A stretch of DNA of 39,463 bases from a virus (Duplodnaviria; Heunggongvirae; Uroviricota; Caudoviricetes): IMG/VR virus record IMGVR_UViG_2568526086_000005, positions 1 through 39,463 of that record; one strand, 5' to 3'. The notes beneath the pieces are model-generated. The model was not told the origin of the DNA. It was given only the letters and a program-made list of their open reading frames with translations, and made no database searches. Shown piece after piece: positions 17,374-27,508 of the stretch (its first letter is position 1; each line of letters starts with the position of its first letter). The translations under genes were made by a program, and so were the position numbers.

Positions 17374-17586
17374 ATGAAAAAATCAGTAGACAGCACAATC
17401 CCCCGGTCTGGCTATATTCGTCGCTTTCGCATGCCGGAATTACTGGGCGTTTCCATGCCTACTATTGATCGCTGGGTGAAAAACGGCACATTGCCACGCC
17501 CGGTAAAACTCACCAATAACGTGACCGTCTTTGATGCGGTAGAGATTAACAACTGGCTGGCAGAGCGTCGGGGAAAGGCGGCGTAA
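17374..17586 (+). CDS. AlpA-family phage transcriptional regulator (small HTH protein)
   Basis: 70 aa from ATG 17374 (RBS AAAGGAAAA). RMPELLGVSMPTIDRWVKNGTLPRPVKL...EINNWLAERR fits the AlpA pattern (R-x-PEx..G.S..TI..W......P.P.K). Confidence 0.6.
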   Translation: MKKSVDSTIPRSGYIRRFRMPELLGVSMPTIDRWVKNGTLPRPVKLTNNVTVFDAVEINNWLAERRGKAA

Positions 17587-17751
17587 TGGAATAGTGGAAC
17601 TGAAGAGTTCATTAAGGACTGATAGGGCATTACAGAGCCACTTCAAGAGGTGGCTCGATAATGTCACTAAGAGGAAAAATTCATGGCAAAACCGGACTGT
17701 GATTTCGTCGAATAAGAATGGTGACCATAAAACAGAGTCACCACAGATTAT

Positions 17752-18000
17752 TTACCCGCGCGCTTCGCGACCAGGCTCATCTTCATTAACGCGATAACGC
17801 CAATATCGTTCAGGCTTAACCCAAACCACTTTATCACCGCTTACTTTGCGGAATTGGGTAATGACAGGTGTAGATAAAACAAGATTACCATCAGCATTTT
17901 CTTTCAGAAACTGCTCATTATCGAGTTTGACTAAATAATCAACTACGTCTTCCTGATACAGGCAACCGTCATATTCTAACTGAGCCATCATCCACTTCAT
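17752..18000 (-). CDS. Hypothetical protein (start uncertain; track ORF extends to 18117 and would overlap the upstream gene)
   Basis: In-frame ATGs at 18000 and 17991, neither with a strong RBS. Convergent with the AlpA-like gene. Confidence 0.3.
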   Translation of the reverse strand: MKWMMAQLEYDGCLYQEDVVDYLVKLDNEQFLKENADGNLVLSTPVITQFRKVSGDKVVWVKPERYWRYRVNEDEPGREARG

Positions 18001-18035
18001 CACGTCTGTAAGAGACAACTTGAGTGCGTTTGGGT

Positions 18036-18245
18036 TTACGGCTTTGGGTTGGTAGCAGTCAGTGATTCTTCTGGAAATCTGGCTCTTTCTTGCTTCCTTC
18101 CTGAAAACCACTGACACCAGTAATCACCAACAAAAACATCAAAGCTGTTTATGATTGGCTCCTGAACAGCCATCGCCGGGCCGCCTGAAACCAAATAAAC
18201 AATGTCGCCGATTTTAAATTTAGGGGTACGTGGATTTTTTGACAT
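18036..18245 (-). CDS. Small DUF2158/YodC-like protein
   Basis: 69 aa, ATG at 18245 preceded by AAGGAA at 6 nt. MSKNPRTPKFKIGDIVYLVSGGPAMAV... has the KxGDxVxLxSGGP pattern of that small-protein family as I remember it. Confidence 0.5.
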   Translation of the reverse strand: MSKNPRTPKFKIGDIVYLVSGGPAMAVQEPIINSFDVFVGDYWCQWFSGRKQERARFPEESLTATNPKP

Positions 18246-18272
18246 AAAGCTTCCTTTTTAAGAGAGAGATAC

Positions 18273-18824
18273 ATGGCACTCACCGACAAACAAGAAATGT
18301 TCTGTCGCGAGTACCTCATCGATTTAAACGCCACGCAAGCGGCTATTCGGGCGGGGTACAGCGCAAAGACAGCTAACCGTACCGCATCCGAAAACCTGTC
18401 AAAACCTGACATCAAGTTAAGAATCGCCGAACTGAAAGCGCAACGCAATGATCTTGTTGGTATTAATGCAGAATATGTACTTAATCGCCTTATTGAAATC
18501 GACCAGATGGATGTGCTTGACATTCTCCTGCAAAACGGTGAGCTAAAACCCATCAAAGACTGGCCTAAGGTATGGCGCACAACGCTATCAGGAATGGATG
18601 TCGTGGAGATGGTATCCGCAGATAGCGCCGCACTTCTGAAGAAAATCAAATGGCCTGATAAGGTTAAAAATCTTGAATTGCTTGGGCGTCATGTTTCTGT
18701 TCAGGCGTTTAAAGACAACGTCAAAAATGAAGTTACTGGCGCTGATGGAGGACCAGTCAGAACAGAAATTACCAACTTAACGCCGGAGCAGGCTGCAGAG
18801 GCGTATAGAAAAATGATGGGCTAA
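18273..18824 (+). CDS. Terminase small subunit
   Basis: 183 aa. N-terminus [30 protein letters not shown] is the typical small-terminase helix-turn-helix opening. Immediately upstream of the large subunit. Confidence 0.8.
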   Translation: MALTDKQEMFCREYLIDLNATQAAIRAGYSAKTANRTASENLSKPDIKLRIAELKAQRNDLVGINAEYVLNRLIEIDQMDVLDILLQNGELKPIKDWPKVWRTTLSGMDVVEMVSADSAALLKKIKWPDKVKNLELLGRHVSVQAFKDNVKNEVTGADGGPVRTEITNLTPEQAAEAYRKMMG

Positions 18825-18826
18825 GT

Positions 18827-20449
18827 ATGCCGTTACCATTTCCCTTCGATTTTAAACATCCTGATTACCAGATGGTTTTTGAATGGCGGATGGAACGCCT
18901 ACAGCGCATTCGCCAGAATCCTGAAATATTGCCTGCACTAAAACAGTTTTACCGAACCAATCCGGCTCAGTTCATCATCGACTGGGGCATGACAACGGAC
19001 CCACGTAACATCGATTATGGCCTGCCGGTGACCATTCCGTTTTTACTCTTCCCTAAGCAGGAGGAGTGGATCCACTGGATTATGGAACGCTGGGGCAATC
19101 GGGAGAATGGTATTACCGAAAAATCCCGTGAAATGGGGCTCAGTTGGACCGCGATCGGACTGGCCTGCTCGCTTTGTCTCTTCAACAAAGAAATGGTTAT
19201 CGGTTTCGGCTCCCGTAAAGAGGAATACGTCGACAGCACCGGTGACCCGAAAGCATTGTTCTGGAAGGCGCGCAAGTTCGTGGAAACACTACCTGTAGAG
19301 TTTCGCGGTTCGTGGAGCGAGAAGAAGCACGCGCCATATATGCGTGTTGAGTTTCCTGAAACTGGTGCCGTTATCAAAGGCGAGGCTGGCGATAATATTG
19401 GTCGTGGTGACCGTACCACGCTTTATCTGGTTGATGAGGCTGCATTCCTTCAGCGTCCTCTGCTGATTGATGCGGCGTTGTCACAAACCACCCGCTGCCG
19501 TATCGACCTGAGTTCGGTTAACGGCATGGCGAACCCGTTCGCGCAGAAGCGTCACGGCGGGAAGATACCGGTATTCACATTCCACTGGCGAAATGACCCG
19601 CGCAAGGATGAAGAGTGGTATCGCAGGGAATGCGAGAAAATCGATAATCCGGTGGTGGTGGCACAGGAACTTGATCTGAACTACAGCGCATCAGCGGAAG
19701 GCGTCCTGATTCCATCCGAATGGGTACAGGCTGCCGTTGATGCGCATATCAAACTGGGGATCCAGCCAACAGGCAAACGACTTGGCGCGATGGATGTCGC
19801 CGACGAAGGCAGGGACAAAAATTCCTTTTCCACCCGTCATGGCTTCCTCCTGGAGAATGTGCGGGAATGGTCCGGTGTGGGCAGCGACATTTATCAGTCC
19901 GTCGAGAAGGTCTTCGGCTTTTGCGAACAGGACGATCTTGAAGAGTTTCGCTTTGACGAGGACGGGCTGGGCGCTGGCGTTCGCGGCGATGCACGCGCTA
20001 TCAACGAACTGCGTAACGCTGCGCGCCGACCGTCAATACTCGCCACACCGTTTCGTGGTAGCGGCGCGGTATTTGATCCGGACGATGAAGCGGTGCGCGG
20101 GGACAACGGACAGGCCGCACGCCTGAACAAGGACTTCTTCGCCAACGCCAAGGCCCAAAGCTGGTGGTGGCTACGCAAGCTTTTCCAGAACACCTATCGC
20201 GCCGTGGTTGAGGGCATGGCCTACAACCCGGACGAAATCATCTCAATCAGCAGTAGCATGGCGCTCAAAGATAAACTCATCATCGAGCTTTCGCAGCCGA
20301 CCTATTCCATTAATGGTGTGGGAAAAATCGTTATTGATAAACAGCCTGATGGAACCCGGTCGCCAAACCTTGCCGACTCGGTGATGATCAGCTACGCGCC
20401 AATGAATTCAGCCCTGAACATCTGGGAGCTGCTAGGGAGACAGGCCTGA
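18827..20449 (+). CDS. Terminase large subunit (ATPase/nuclease)
   Basis: 540 aa. Deviant Walker A of the lambda-gpA type (..[10 protein letters not shown]..) and Walker [10 protein letters not shown]. Acidic nuclease-domain residues in the C-terminal half. Confidence 0.8.
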   Translation: MPLPFPFDFKHPDYQMVFEWRMERLQRIRQNPEILPALKQFYRTNPAQFIIDWGMTTDPRNIDYGLPVTIPFLLFPKQEEWIHWIMERWGNRENGITEKSREMGLSWTAIGLACSLCLFNKEMVIGFGSRKEEYVDSTGDPKALFWKARKFVETLPVEFRGSWSEKKHAPYMRVEFPETGAVIKGEAGDNIGRGDRTTLYLVDEAAFLQRPLLIDAALSQTTRCRIDLSSVNGMANPFAQKRHGGKIPVFTFHWRNDPRKDEEWYRRECEKIDNPVVVAQELDLNYSASAEGVLIPSEWVQAAVDAHIKLGIQPTGKRLGAMDVADEGRDKNSFSTRHGFLLENVREWSGVGSDIYQSVEKVFGFCEQDDLEEFRFDEDGLGAGVRGDARAINELRNAARRPSILATPFRGSGAVFDPDDEAVRGDNGQAARLNKDFFANAKAQSWWWLRKLFQNTYRAVVEGMAYNPDEIISISSSMALKDKLIIELSQPTYSINGVGKIVIDKQPDGTRSPNLADSVMISYAPMNSALNIWELLGRQA

Positions 20450-21915
20450 TGGCACGAAACAAACAAGCCACGCGGCGAACGGCACAGGCCACCGCTGATG
20501 GATATGAGAACTTTGTCGCCCGCGTGGGGATGCAGACGCCTAACCAGCACTCAGCATCGACCTACCGGGCTAACTTCACCAGCCGCAACCGCATGCTGGT
20601 GGAATGGTCCTATCGTTCGTCCTGGATCATCGGCGAAGCGGTCGACGCTATCCCGGATGATATGACCCGCAAAGGCATTCGCATCACTTCGGAAATTGAT
20701 GCAAAAGATCGCGGCATTCTCGAATCACAACTTGATGAGTTGCAGATCTGGGATGCGCTGAACGACGTGCTGAAATGGTCTCGCCTCTACGGCGGCGCGG
20801 TCGGCTTCATCATGATCGAGGGGCAGGCACCAATGACCCCGCTGCGGCTCGAAACCATTGGAGAAGGCAAGTTTAAGGGCATTCTCCCGCTCGACCGCTG
20901 GATGATTAACCCGGCCCTGACCCGCCGCATTAAAGAGATGGGGCCAGATCTCGGCAAACCTGAGTTTTACGACGTGGTGACCACTGCAACGGGCATCCCG
21001 GCCTGGCGCATCCATCACAGCCGCCTGATTCGCTTCGATGGCATCACGCTGCCATTCCAGCAGAAGATGACCGAGAACGAATGGGGAATGTCGGTTGTAG
21101 AGCGAATCTGGGATCGGCTTACTGCGTTCGACAGCGCCACTGTCGGAGCGGCTCAGCTGGTCTACAAAGCGCATCTGCGCACCTACAGCGTGGAGAAGCT
21201 GCGAGAGCTTATCGCACTTGGTGGCCCCGCGTTCGAGGCGTTGCTGAAGAACATCGACCTGATCCGCCAGTTCCAGAGCAATGAAGGCATGACGCTCATG
21301 GACTCGCGGGATAAGTTCGAAACCCACCAGTACAGCTTTAGTGGTCTGGATGACATTCTTTCGCAGTTTGCTGAGCAGATCAGCGGTGCCGTTGGTATCC
21401 CGCTGGTACGCCTGTTCGGTCAATCCCCGAAAGGCTTCTCTACTGGTGATGCAGACCTCGCCAACTATTACGACCGGGTGAGCTCATTGCAGGAGCGCCG
21501 CTTACGGCTGCCGATGCGCCGGATACTGGACATTATGCACCGCTCGGAACTCGGAAATCCGCTGCCGGACGATTTCACGTTTGAGTTTAACCCGCTATGG
21601 CAAATGTCAGACGTTGACCGATCAACGGTGGCCGTAAACACCACCAACGCGATCAGTACCGCGCTGGGCGACGGATTGATGACGCGTAAGGCGGCGATGA
21701 CCGACCTGCGCGAAAACTCTGACGTCACCGGCATCGGGGCATCCATTACCGACGAGGACATAGAGAATGCCGAAGACGAAGCGCCGCCAGGCATCGGCGA
21801 ACTTGGCGACAAACCGCCAGAGTCGCCAGGCGGAGATCCGATATCGAACGAGCCTACGGCAGATAGCGCGGGCGGTCGGGGACATCGTAAATGGTCGCTA
21901 CGATGGTTCAAATGA
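20449..21915 (+). CDS. Portal protein
   Basis: 488 aa, directly after the large terminase with ATG overlapping its stop. Acidic C-terminal tail. Called by position and size. Confidence 0.7.
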   Translation: MARNKQATRRTAQATADGYENFVARVGMQTPNQHSASTYRANFTSRNRMLVEWSYRSSWIIGEAVDAIPDDMTRKGIRITSEIDAKDRGILESQLDELQIWDALNDVLKWSRLYGGAVGFIMIEGQAPMTPLRLETIGEGKFKGILPLDRWMINPALTRRIKEMGPDLGKPEFYDVVTTATGIPAWRIHHSRLIRFDGITLPFQQKMTENEWGMSVVERIWDRLTAFDSATVGAAQLVYKAHLRTYSVEKLRELIALGGPAFEALLKNIDLIRQFQSNEGMTLMDSRDKFETHQYSFSGLDDILSQFAEQISGAVGIPLVRLFGQSPKGFSTGDADLANYYDRVSSLQERRLRLPMRRILDIMHRSELGNPLPDDFTFEFNPLWQMSDVDRSTVAVNTTNAISTALGDGLMTRKAAMTDLRENSDVTGIGASITDEDIENAEDEAPPGIGELGDKPPESPGGDPISNEPTADSAGGRGHRKWSLRWFK

Positions 21916-22540
21916 CAGTATCACGGAAATTATTGAGGCGCTGGAACGCTACAGTGAAATCATCACCCCCTGGGCGACGAAGGTAGCTGAGAACTTTACC
22001 GCCGACATTGCACGCCAGAATGAAAAGCAGTGGCGTCAGCACAGCCGGAACATCAGCTCAGAGCTGCGCAACATGGTCGACCGCGCCCCGGTAGGCCAAG
22101 TGATGAAATCCATCGTCGCTGAGCAAATTAAGTACATCAAATCGCTGCCTCTTGAGGCCGCCGATCGGGTGTATGACATTCAGAACAAAGCCATCGAGGC
22201 CGTTGTGACTGGTGGCCGCGCTGAGCCATTCGCGAAAGAGATAGCTGCGTCCGGTGACGTGTCACGCTCACGAGCGAACCTTATCGCCCGTACCGAGCTT
22301 GGACGCGCAACCGGCGCGCTGGATCAGGCGCGTGCGCTGTCAATCGGCTCGAATGGTTATATCTGGCGTACAGCCGAAGATGGCGACGTCCGGCACTCTC
22401 ATCGTGAGATGGAGGGCAAGTTTGTCGAATGGGGCCGACCCCCTACGCTTGACGGCATGACCGGTCATGCTGGCGAGCTCCCGAACTGTCGCTGTTACAA
22501 AGAGATCGTCTTCCCCAACCCTCATTCTTATCTCGCCTGA
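21767..22540 (+). CDS. Head morphogenesis protein (Mu F / SPP1 gp7 family)
   Basis: 257 aa. C-terminal ..HSHREMEGKF..GELPNCRCY matches the conserved end of Mu-F-like minor head proteins. The ATG at 21767 overlaps the portal ORF by 149 nt in another frame. Confidence 0.7.
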   Translation: MPKTKRRQASANLATNRQSRQAEIRYRTSLRQIARAVGDIVNGRYDGSNDSITEIIEALERYSEIITPWATKVAENFTADIARQNEKQWRQHSRNISSELRNMVDRAPVGQVMKSIVAEQIKYIKSLPLEAADRVYDIQNKAIEAVVTGGRAEPFAKEIAASGDVSRSRANLIARTELGRATGALDQARALSIGSNGYIWRTAEDGDVRHSHREMEGKFVEWGRPPTLDGMTGHAGELPNCRCYKEIVFPNPHSYLA

Positions 22541-22554
22541 ATCGCAGGTAAACC

Positions 22555-23775
22555 ATGAAATATTTTTTCAATACCCGGCTGGGGGAAACCCGCTATCAGC
22601 TTGCTGACGACTCTCTGTTGTGCAAAGACGTGCCGATAGGTCGAACGGGTAAACAGCTCTACGGCGCTGCCGATCTGCCAAACCTCAAACCCGACAAGCT
22701 CGGTGAGATAGTCGTAACGCGCTCTCCTGAGCAGGTATTCCATCCGGCCACGCTCGCCTCATTCGAAGGGATGAGCATCACGATCCTGCATCCTGAAGAT
22801 GAAAACGGGAATGTGCGGCTGGTAAATCCCGAGAACTGGAAAGAGCTTGCTGTCGGGCATCTTCAGAACGTGCGGCGCGGGACTGGTGACCAGTCTGATT
22901 TGATGCTGGCAGACCTTATCGTCAAAGACGAAAGCGCCATTCAGCTTATCGAAGATGGTCTGCGCGAAGTGTCGTGCGGCTATGACGCGGAGTACGAGCA
23001 GACCGAGCCAGGTAAAGCCGAGCAGGTCGATATTACCGGAAACCATGTGGCTCTTGTCCCTAAAGGCAGAGCCGGAAATCGTTGTGCAATTGGAGACAGA
23101 GACACAATGGCAAATCAAAAGAAAAGCTGGTGGACCCGCATGCGCACGGCCATCAAAACGGGTGACGCTGACACCATGAACGAACTGGTGGAGTCGGCTC
23201 CCGCATCGGTTACAGGAGATGAGGGGGATTTGCCGCAGGGCGTTAATCTCAACATCAACCTGTCCCCGCAGCAACCACTACCGGATAAAGCACCAGAGAT
23301 GGGCGGAGGTCCAACCGGCGACAGTGATGATGACCTCAAAACATTACTGAAAGCCCTGCTGGCTAAGCTGGAAGGAAATGCGACGGGCGATAACGACAAT
23401 AAGCCTGACGATAATCCGACCGGTGACGGCGAGGACGATGAAGAGGAAACCACGATTACTGGTGACTCAGCCTGGCGTGCCGAAGTTATCATGCCGGGTA
23501 TCGATCTGAGCCGTAAGGTGAAACCGACCGCGTTCAAACGTGATGTGCTGGCTGCCGCTGACAAAACACTGGTTCGCCAGGTTGTCGGTGATGCGGATAT
23601 ACGCAAATTGCCCAAGCAATCGGTCGATATGGCGTTTAACGCCGTGTCTGAGATTGCCAAAGGGCGAAACACCCGCAGCACCACGGGCGATGCACAACGT
23701 CCAAATATGGGCATGACCAGCATCGCTTCCCTGAACAAACAAAACGCCGACTTCTGGTCTAACCGCAAAGGATAA
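22555..23775 (+). CDS. Putative scaffolding or prohead-core protein
   Basis: 406 aa, between the Mu-F-like gene and the capsid genes. Long acidic, low-complexity linker (GDSDDD...DDNPTGDGEDDEEETT). Confidence 0.45.
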   Translation: MKYFFNTRLGETRYQLADDSLLCKDVPIGRTGKQLYGAADLPNLKPDKLGEIVVTRSPEQVFHPATLASFEGMSITILHPEDENGNVRLVNPENWKELAVGHLQNVRRGTGDQSDLMLADLIVKDESAIQLIEDGLREVSCGYDAEYEQTEPGKAEQVDITGNHVALVPKGRAGNRCAIGDRDTMANQKKSWWTRMRTAIKTGDADTMNELVESAPASVTGDEGDLPQGVNLNINLSPQQPLPDKAPEMGGGPTGDSDDDLKTLLKALLAKLEGNATGDNDNKPDDNPTGDGEDDEEETTITGDSAWRAEVIMPGIDLSRKVKPTAFKRDVLAAADKTLVRQVVGDADIRKLPKQSVDMAFNAVSEIAKGRNTRSTTGDAQRPNMGMTSIASLNKQNADFWSNRKG

Positions 23776-23779
23776 TCCA

Positions 23780-24283
23780 ATGACTGCATATCTGTACCGG
23801 ATGCCTGTTGGCATTGCCGGGGCTATCTCTCGCCCGCAGGACTTAACCGTCGAATCGGTGATCCTTAAATCCGCTAACGCCTTCGCTGCCTATGGTCTGG
23901 CTGGCAAATATGACGCTGACGGCTTTTTCGTGCCGCTGGCGGACGGTGACACCGCCGACAAGGTGAAGGGGATCTACGTTCGTCCGTATCCGACCACATC
24001 GCAGCCAGACATGGTTCGCCAGGTGGGGACGGATAAGAACTTCCCGGGTGACGCCATGAAGCGTGGCTACATGACCGTTAATCTCGGTTCTGATTTTGAT
24101 GCCAGCACCATCAAAAAAGGCGCCCCGGTATACGTTGTCGTCTCCACTGATGAATCCATCAAAGTGCCGCTGGGCGGTTTCATGTCCACGTCCGTCAGTG
24201 GCAAAAACGTGGCGCTGACCAACGCCGAATTCACAGGGGCCGGTGACGCTAACGGCAATGCAGAAATCTCCTGGAAGATTTAA
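23780..24283 (+). CDS. Head structural protein (possibly decoration or minor capsid protein)
   Basis: 167 aa, RBS AAGGA, immediately upstream of the major capsid gene. Confidence 0.45.
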   Translation: MTAYLYRMPVGIAGAISRPQDLTVESVILKSANAFAAYGLAGKYDADGFFVPLADGDTADKVKGIYVRPYPTTSQPDMVRQVGTDKNFPGDAMKRGYMTVNLGSDFDASTIKKGAPVYVVVSTDESIKVPLGGFMSTSVSGKNVALTNAEFTGAGDANGNAEISWKI

Positions 24284-24294
24284 GGAACAGACGA

Positions 24295-25236
24295 ATGATT
24301 ACTTTTGATCAGGCAACCGTTGATAGCTCTGGTGCCTTTCTCATCGGGGAGCTGGAGCGACTCGACCAGACGCTGAACCTGCCGCTGGTGGGTTACACCT
24401 GGACCCGCGATATTCAGCTGCGTGAAGACGTTTCTATCGCAGATGACATTTCCAGCTGGACTAACACCAGTTTTGGCGCTGCTGGTACTGGCGCAAATCC
24501 GAACGGTAAAAACTGGGTAGGCAAAGACTCCACTGCTATTGCTGGCGTGAATGTTGATATCGGCAAAGATGGCAATCCGCTGAACCTCTGGGGCATGGAA
24601 CTGGGCTGGACCGTTGTAGAGCTGGCAGCAGCTCAGCAGGTAGGTCGCCCGATTGATACCCAGAAGTACGACGGGATGCAGCTCAAATGGCAGATGGACA
24701 ACGACGAGCAGGTTTACATTGGCGATGATGCGCTCGGCCTGAAAGGGCTGGCAAACCTTGTCGGTGTGACGCTGAACAATGCGCCGAAGACCTGGGCGAA
24801 CTCCACCAACGACGAGATTCTCGATAGCGTGAACAGCATTCTGTCGAATTCCTGGGCAGCATCCGGTTATTCCATCGTGCCTTCTGATCTGCGCATTCCG
24901 CCAGAGCAGTATTCACTGCTGGCGAGCCGTAAGGTTTCCGAAGCGGGTAACCAGTCACTGCTGACCTATCTGGCTGTGAACACTATCGCTTTCCACCAGA
25001 ACGGCGTTCCGCTTGAAATCAAAGCGGTCAAATGGCTGAAAGGGCGTGGGGTTGGCGGTAAAGACCGTATGATCGCCTACACCAACGACAAGAAATACGT
25101 GCGCTATCCGCTGGTGCCGTTGCAGAGCGTTCCTATCCAGTATCGCGGTCTGTACCAGATTGCGACCTACTATGGCAAGCTCGGTGCGGTTGAGCCAGTG
25201 TACAAAGAAACCCTGTCCTACGTGGACGGTATCTGA
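24295..25236 (+). CDS. Major capsid protein
   Basis: 313 aa, strong RBS (TAAGGAAC), followed by a stable GC hairpin. Called by position and size in the head module. Confidence 0.65.
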   Translation: MITFDQATVDSSGAFLIGELERLDQTLNLPLVGYTWTRDIQLREDVSIADDISSWTNTSFGAAGTGANPNGKNWVGKDSTAIAGVNVDIGKDGNPLNLWGMELGWTVVELAAAQQVGRPIDTQKYDGMQLKWQMDNDEQVYIGDDALGLKGLANLVGVTLNNAPKTWANSTNDEILDSVNSILSNSWAASGYSIVPSDLRIPPEQYSLLASRKVSEAGNQSLLTYLAVNTIAFHQNGVPLEIKAVKWLKGRGVGGKDRMIAYTNDKKYVRYPLVPLQSVPIQYRGLYQIATYYGKLGAVEPVYKETLSYVDGI

Positions 25237-25246
25237 TAACCAGAAC

Positions 25247-25262
25247 GGCCCCGAAAGGGGCC
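25247..25262 (+). other. Stable GC hairpin after the capsid gene (GGCCCC-GAAA-GGGGCC), with no U-tract
   Basis: Perfect 6-bp GC stem with a GAAA tetraloop 11 nt after the capsid stop. Confidence 0.5.
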
Positions 25263-25277
25263 AGAAGGAAACTGAAA

Positions 25278-25667
25278 ATGGCGAAAGAAAAGCTGGTTAC
25301 CATCCATGTTCACACTCCGTTTACGCTGACGCTCGGCGATCAGTCAAAACAGGAGTTTGGCCGGGGGCGGCATAACGTACCGGAAGAGGTCGCGTCTCAC
25401 TGGTTCACCCAGGCGCACTCTGAGCTTTCCGAAAGCGTGATTAGCGACACCGATGATCTGCAACCCATTATCGACAGCCTGCAAGCGCAGATTGCCGACA
25501 AAGATAAGCAGATTGTCGATAAAGATCAGTTGATTGCCGATCTGAAAGAAGCGCTGCTCAAGCTGCAAGAGCAGAACGACAGCCTGCAAGCGCAGATTGC
25601 TGCCGCCCAGACTGGCGGTAATGGGGCGAAAGATGCCAAAGAATCAAAGCCTGCCAACAGTAAGTGA
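25278..25667 (+). CDS. Hypothetical head-associated protein with a coiled-coil C-terminal half
   Basis: 129 aa, RBS AGAAGGAAA. Heptad-like [44 protein letters not shown]. Confidence 0.45.
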   Translation: MAKEKLVTIHVHTPFTLTLGDQSKQEFGRGRHNVPEEVASHWFTQAHSELSESVISDTDDLQPIIDSLQAQIADKDKQIVDKDQLIADLKEALLKLQEQNDSLQAQIAAAQTGGNGAKDAKESKPANSK

Positions 25668-26040
25668 TTTTCGCCGCGACTTCCCGCAGTTTGCTGACCC
25701 TGCCAAATATCCCGAAGCGCAAATCGAGTTTCGTCTGAATCTGGCCGATGTGCTGCTAAGCGAAAAGGTCACCGGCAAAAAGTTGTTTCCGTATTTTGCC
25801 GAGTTGTTCGTTGCGCACTACATGACGCTTTGGGCGGCAGATAGCCGGGCGATGCTGGTTGGCGGCCCGGGCGGTTCAACCAATGGTGTTCAGTCCTCTA
25901 AGTCCGTTGACAAGGTAAGCATCAGCTATGACACCAGCGCGACGCTAAACCCTGACGCAGGCTTCTGGAATAACACCCGATATGGCGCTGAATTTTATCA
26001 GCTGATCACGATGTTTGGTGCGGGCGGTCGCCAGCTATGA
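25633..26040 (+). CDS. Hypothetical head-tail connector/completion protein
   Basis: 135 aa from ATG 25633 (the track ORF starts at an alternative codon). Overlaps the previous gene by about 35 nt. Confidence 0.45.
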   Translation: MPKNQSLPTVSDFRRDFPQFADPAKYPEAQIEFRLNLADVLLSEKVTGKKLFPYFAELFVAHYMTLWAADSRAMLVGGPGGSTNGVQSSKSVDKVSISYDTSATLNPDAGFWNNTRYGAEFYQLITMFGAGGRQL

Positions 26041-26591
26041 GTTTCAAAAGCGGTGTGACAACGAGGGTGGATAACGCTCAGGCCATTCTGGATGCGCTCA
26101 GGTCGCTAACCAAAAAGGATGTGCTGGTCGGCATCCCTTCGGAAGACAGCGAGCGTGAAGATGTTCCGTTTGGTAATGCCGGGATCGGTTACGTCAACGA
26201 ATACGGCTCACCAGCGCAAAACATCCCCCCACGCCCGCACCTGATCCCAGGCGTTAAATCGGTAGAGGAACAGACGGTGCCGCAGCTCAAAGCAGCGGCG
26301 CAGGCTGCGCTTGATGGAAATGCGGCGGGTGCGGAAAGAGCGCTTAACCGCGCCGGAACGCTGGCCGCGAATGGCGTCAGGCGTTACATGACCATTACCG
26401 GCTTTACACCGCTTGCTGATAGCACCGTTGAAGCACGCGCACGCCGTGGGCGCAAAGGGGCAAAAGAGGAACTTGCGCGGCGCGCTGCTGGTGAGTCTCC
26501 TGGAACCGATCTGGTGAAACCGCTAATCGACACCGGGCAATATCGCAGAGCTATTACCCATATTGTGAGAGATAAAGATGCCGACTCTTGA
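26037..26591 (+). CDS. Hypothetical virion protein
   Basis: 184 aa, ATG overlapping the upstream stop (ATGA). Confidence 0.5.
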   Translation: MSFKSGVTTRVDNAQAILDALRSLTKKDVLVGIPSEDSEREDVPFGNAGIGYVNEYGSPAQNIPPRPHLIPGVKSVEEQTVPQLKAAAQAALDGNAAGAERALNRAGTLAANGVRRYMTITGFTPLADSTVEARARRGRKGAKEELARRAAGESPGTDLVKPLIDTGQYRRAITHIVRDKDADS

Positions 26592-26967
26592 TGTAACAGA
26601 TGTGCTTTTTGACCCCGATTTTTGCGACTTCAATTTGTGGGTAACACGCCGTGTGCAAACGGTGGATGAGGATGGGATCGGCAGCGACAGAGAAGTTAAA
26701 AAGCAGTTTGCCGGAGTCGTAACTGTTGATCGCTCTCTGGAAAACCGCCGTATGCAGGCAGGGCAGGTGATCAGCGGTGCAATTCTGATTGTGACGACTG
26801 AGCGACTGACGCAGGGACAGACTGGCCGTGATGCCGATATCGTGACGTATCAGGGCCGTGATTATCGTGTGACCTTCGTCGACCCGTATACAGCTTATGG
26901 GGCCGGATTCGTTCAGGCGCATTGTGAGTTGATGCCGTTTGATGGGGGAACTCCGGTTGAGCAATAA
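26578..26967 (+). CDS. Hypothetical virion protein
   Basis: 129 aa, RBS GAGAGA, overlapping its neighbours. Confidence 0.5.
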   Translation: MPTLDVTDVLFDPDFCDFNLWVTRRVQTVDEDGIGSDREVKKQFAGVVTVDRSLENRRMQAGQVISGAILIVTTERLTQGQTGRDADIVTYQGRDYRVTFVDPYTAYGAGFVQAHCELMPFDGGTPVEQ

Positions 26968-27505
26968 CACCAGTACAGAGCGCGGATGGTTAATACCAAC
27001 CAGTGGCAATCCGGATTATGACGAAGCACTCGACAGGCTGTTAAGCCAGTGGATGCGTAACGTTTCCGGTCTGTCTGCCGGGATGGTTCGCCCGCGCTGG
27101 CAGAAAGAGCAGCCGCCACTGCTACCGGTTGAAACGAACTGGTGTGCGTTTGGGGTTATCGGATGGTCAGGTGATGACAGCCCGGCATTCACCAGACAGA
27201 CCGATGATGGCTCTCAGCTCTGGCGGCATGAAACGATTGAGTGTATGGCTTCGTTTTATGGACCGGCGGGGATGGTGTATGCGTCCCGGTTTCGTGACGG
27301 TATATCTGTGCCGCAGAACAATGCAGCACTGAATGCGCTTGGGCTGTCTCTTGGCGATTACACAGGTCTGACTCCCTTCCCTGAACTTATTAATCAGCAA
27401 TGGGTCCGCCGCTACGATATGACGGTGCGTCTGCGCCGGAAGGTTGTGCGCGAGTACGGTATTAAATCGCTGGTGGAAGCACCAGTCATCTTTTTCGGAG
27501 ATTAA
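26942..27505 (+). CDS. Hypothetical virion protein (possible tail-completion/neck protein)
   Basis: The track ORF starts at TTG 26939; the first ATG is at 26942. Directly precedes the sheath gene. Confidence 0.45.
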   Translation: MGELRLSNNTSTERGWLIPTSGNPDYDEALDRLLSQWMRNVSGLSAGMVRPRWQKEQPPLLPVETNWCAFGVIGWSGDDSPAFTRQTDDGSQLWRHETIECMASFYGPAGMVYASRFRDGISVPQNNAALNALGLSLGDYTGLTPFPELINQQWVRRYDMTVRLRRKVVREYGIKSLVEAPVIFFGD

Positions 27506-27508
27506 GCT

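Noticed and set aside
19015-20193. Several ORFs antisense to or out of frame with the terminase large subunit (19015-19419, 19737-20126, 19749-19994, 19894-20193)
   Set aside because: Fully embedded in a well-supported coding region. Arg/Pro/Ser-rich translations typical of GC-rich antisense frames.
20725-21911. Minus-strand ORFs 20725-21423, 21468-21911 and 21622-21885 opposite the portal gene
   Set aside because: Embedded antisense in the portal ORF. No independent start signals.
22759-23814. Minus-strand ORFs 22759-23274, 23115-23789 and 23467-23814 opposite the scaffold-like gene
   Set aside because: Antisense to a long co-oriented late-operon gene. Low-complexity Ser/Pro-rich translations.
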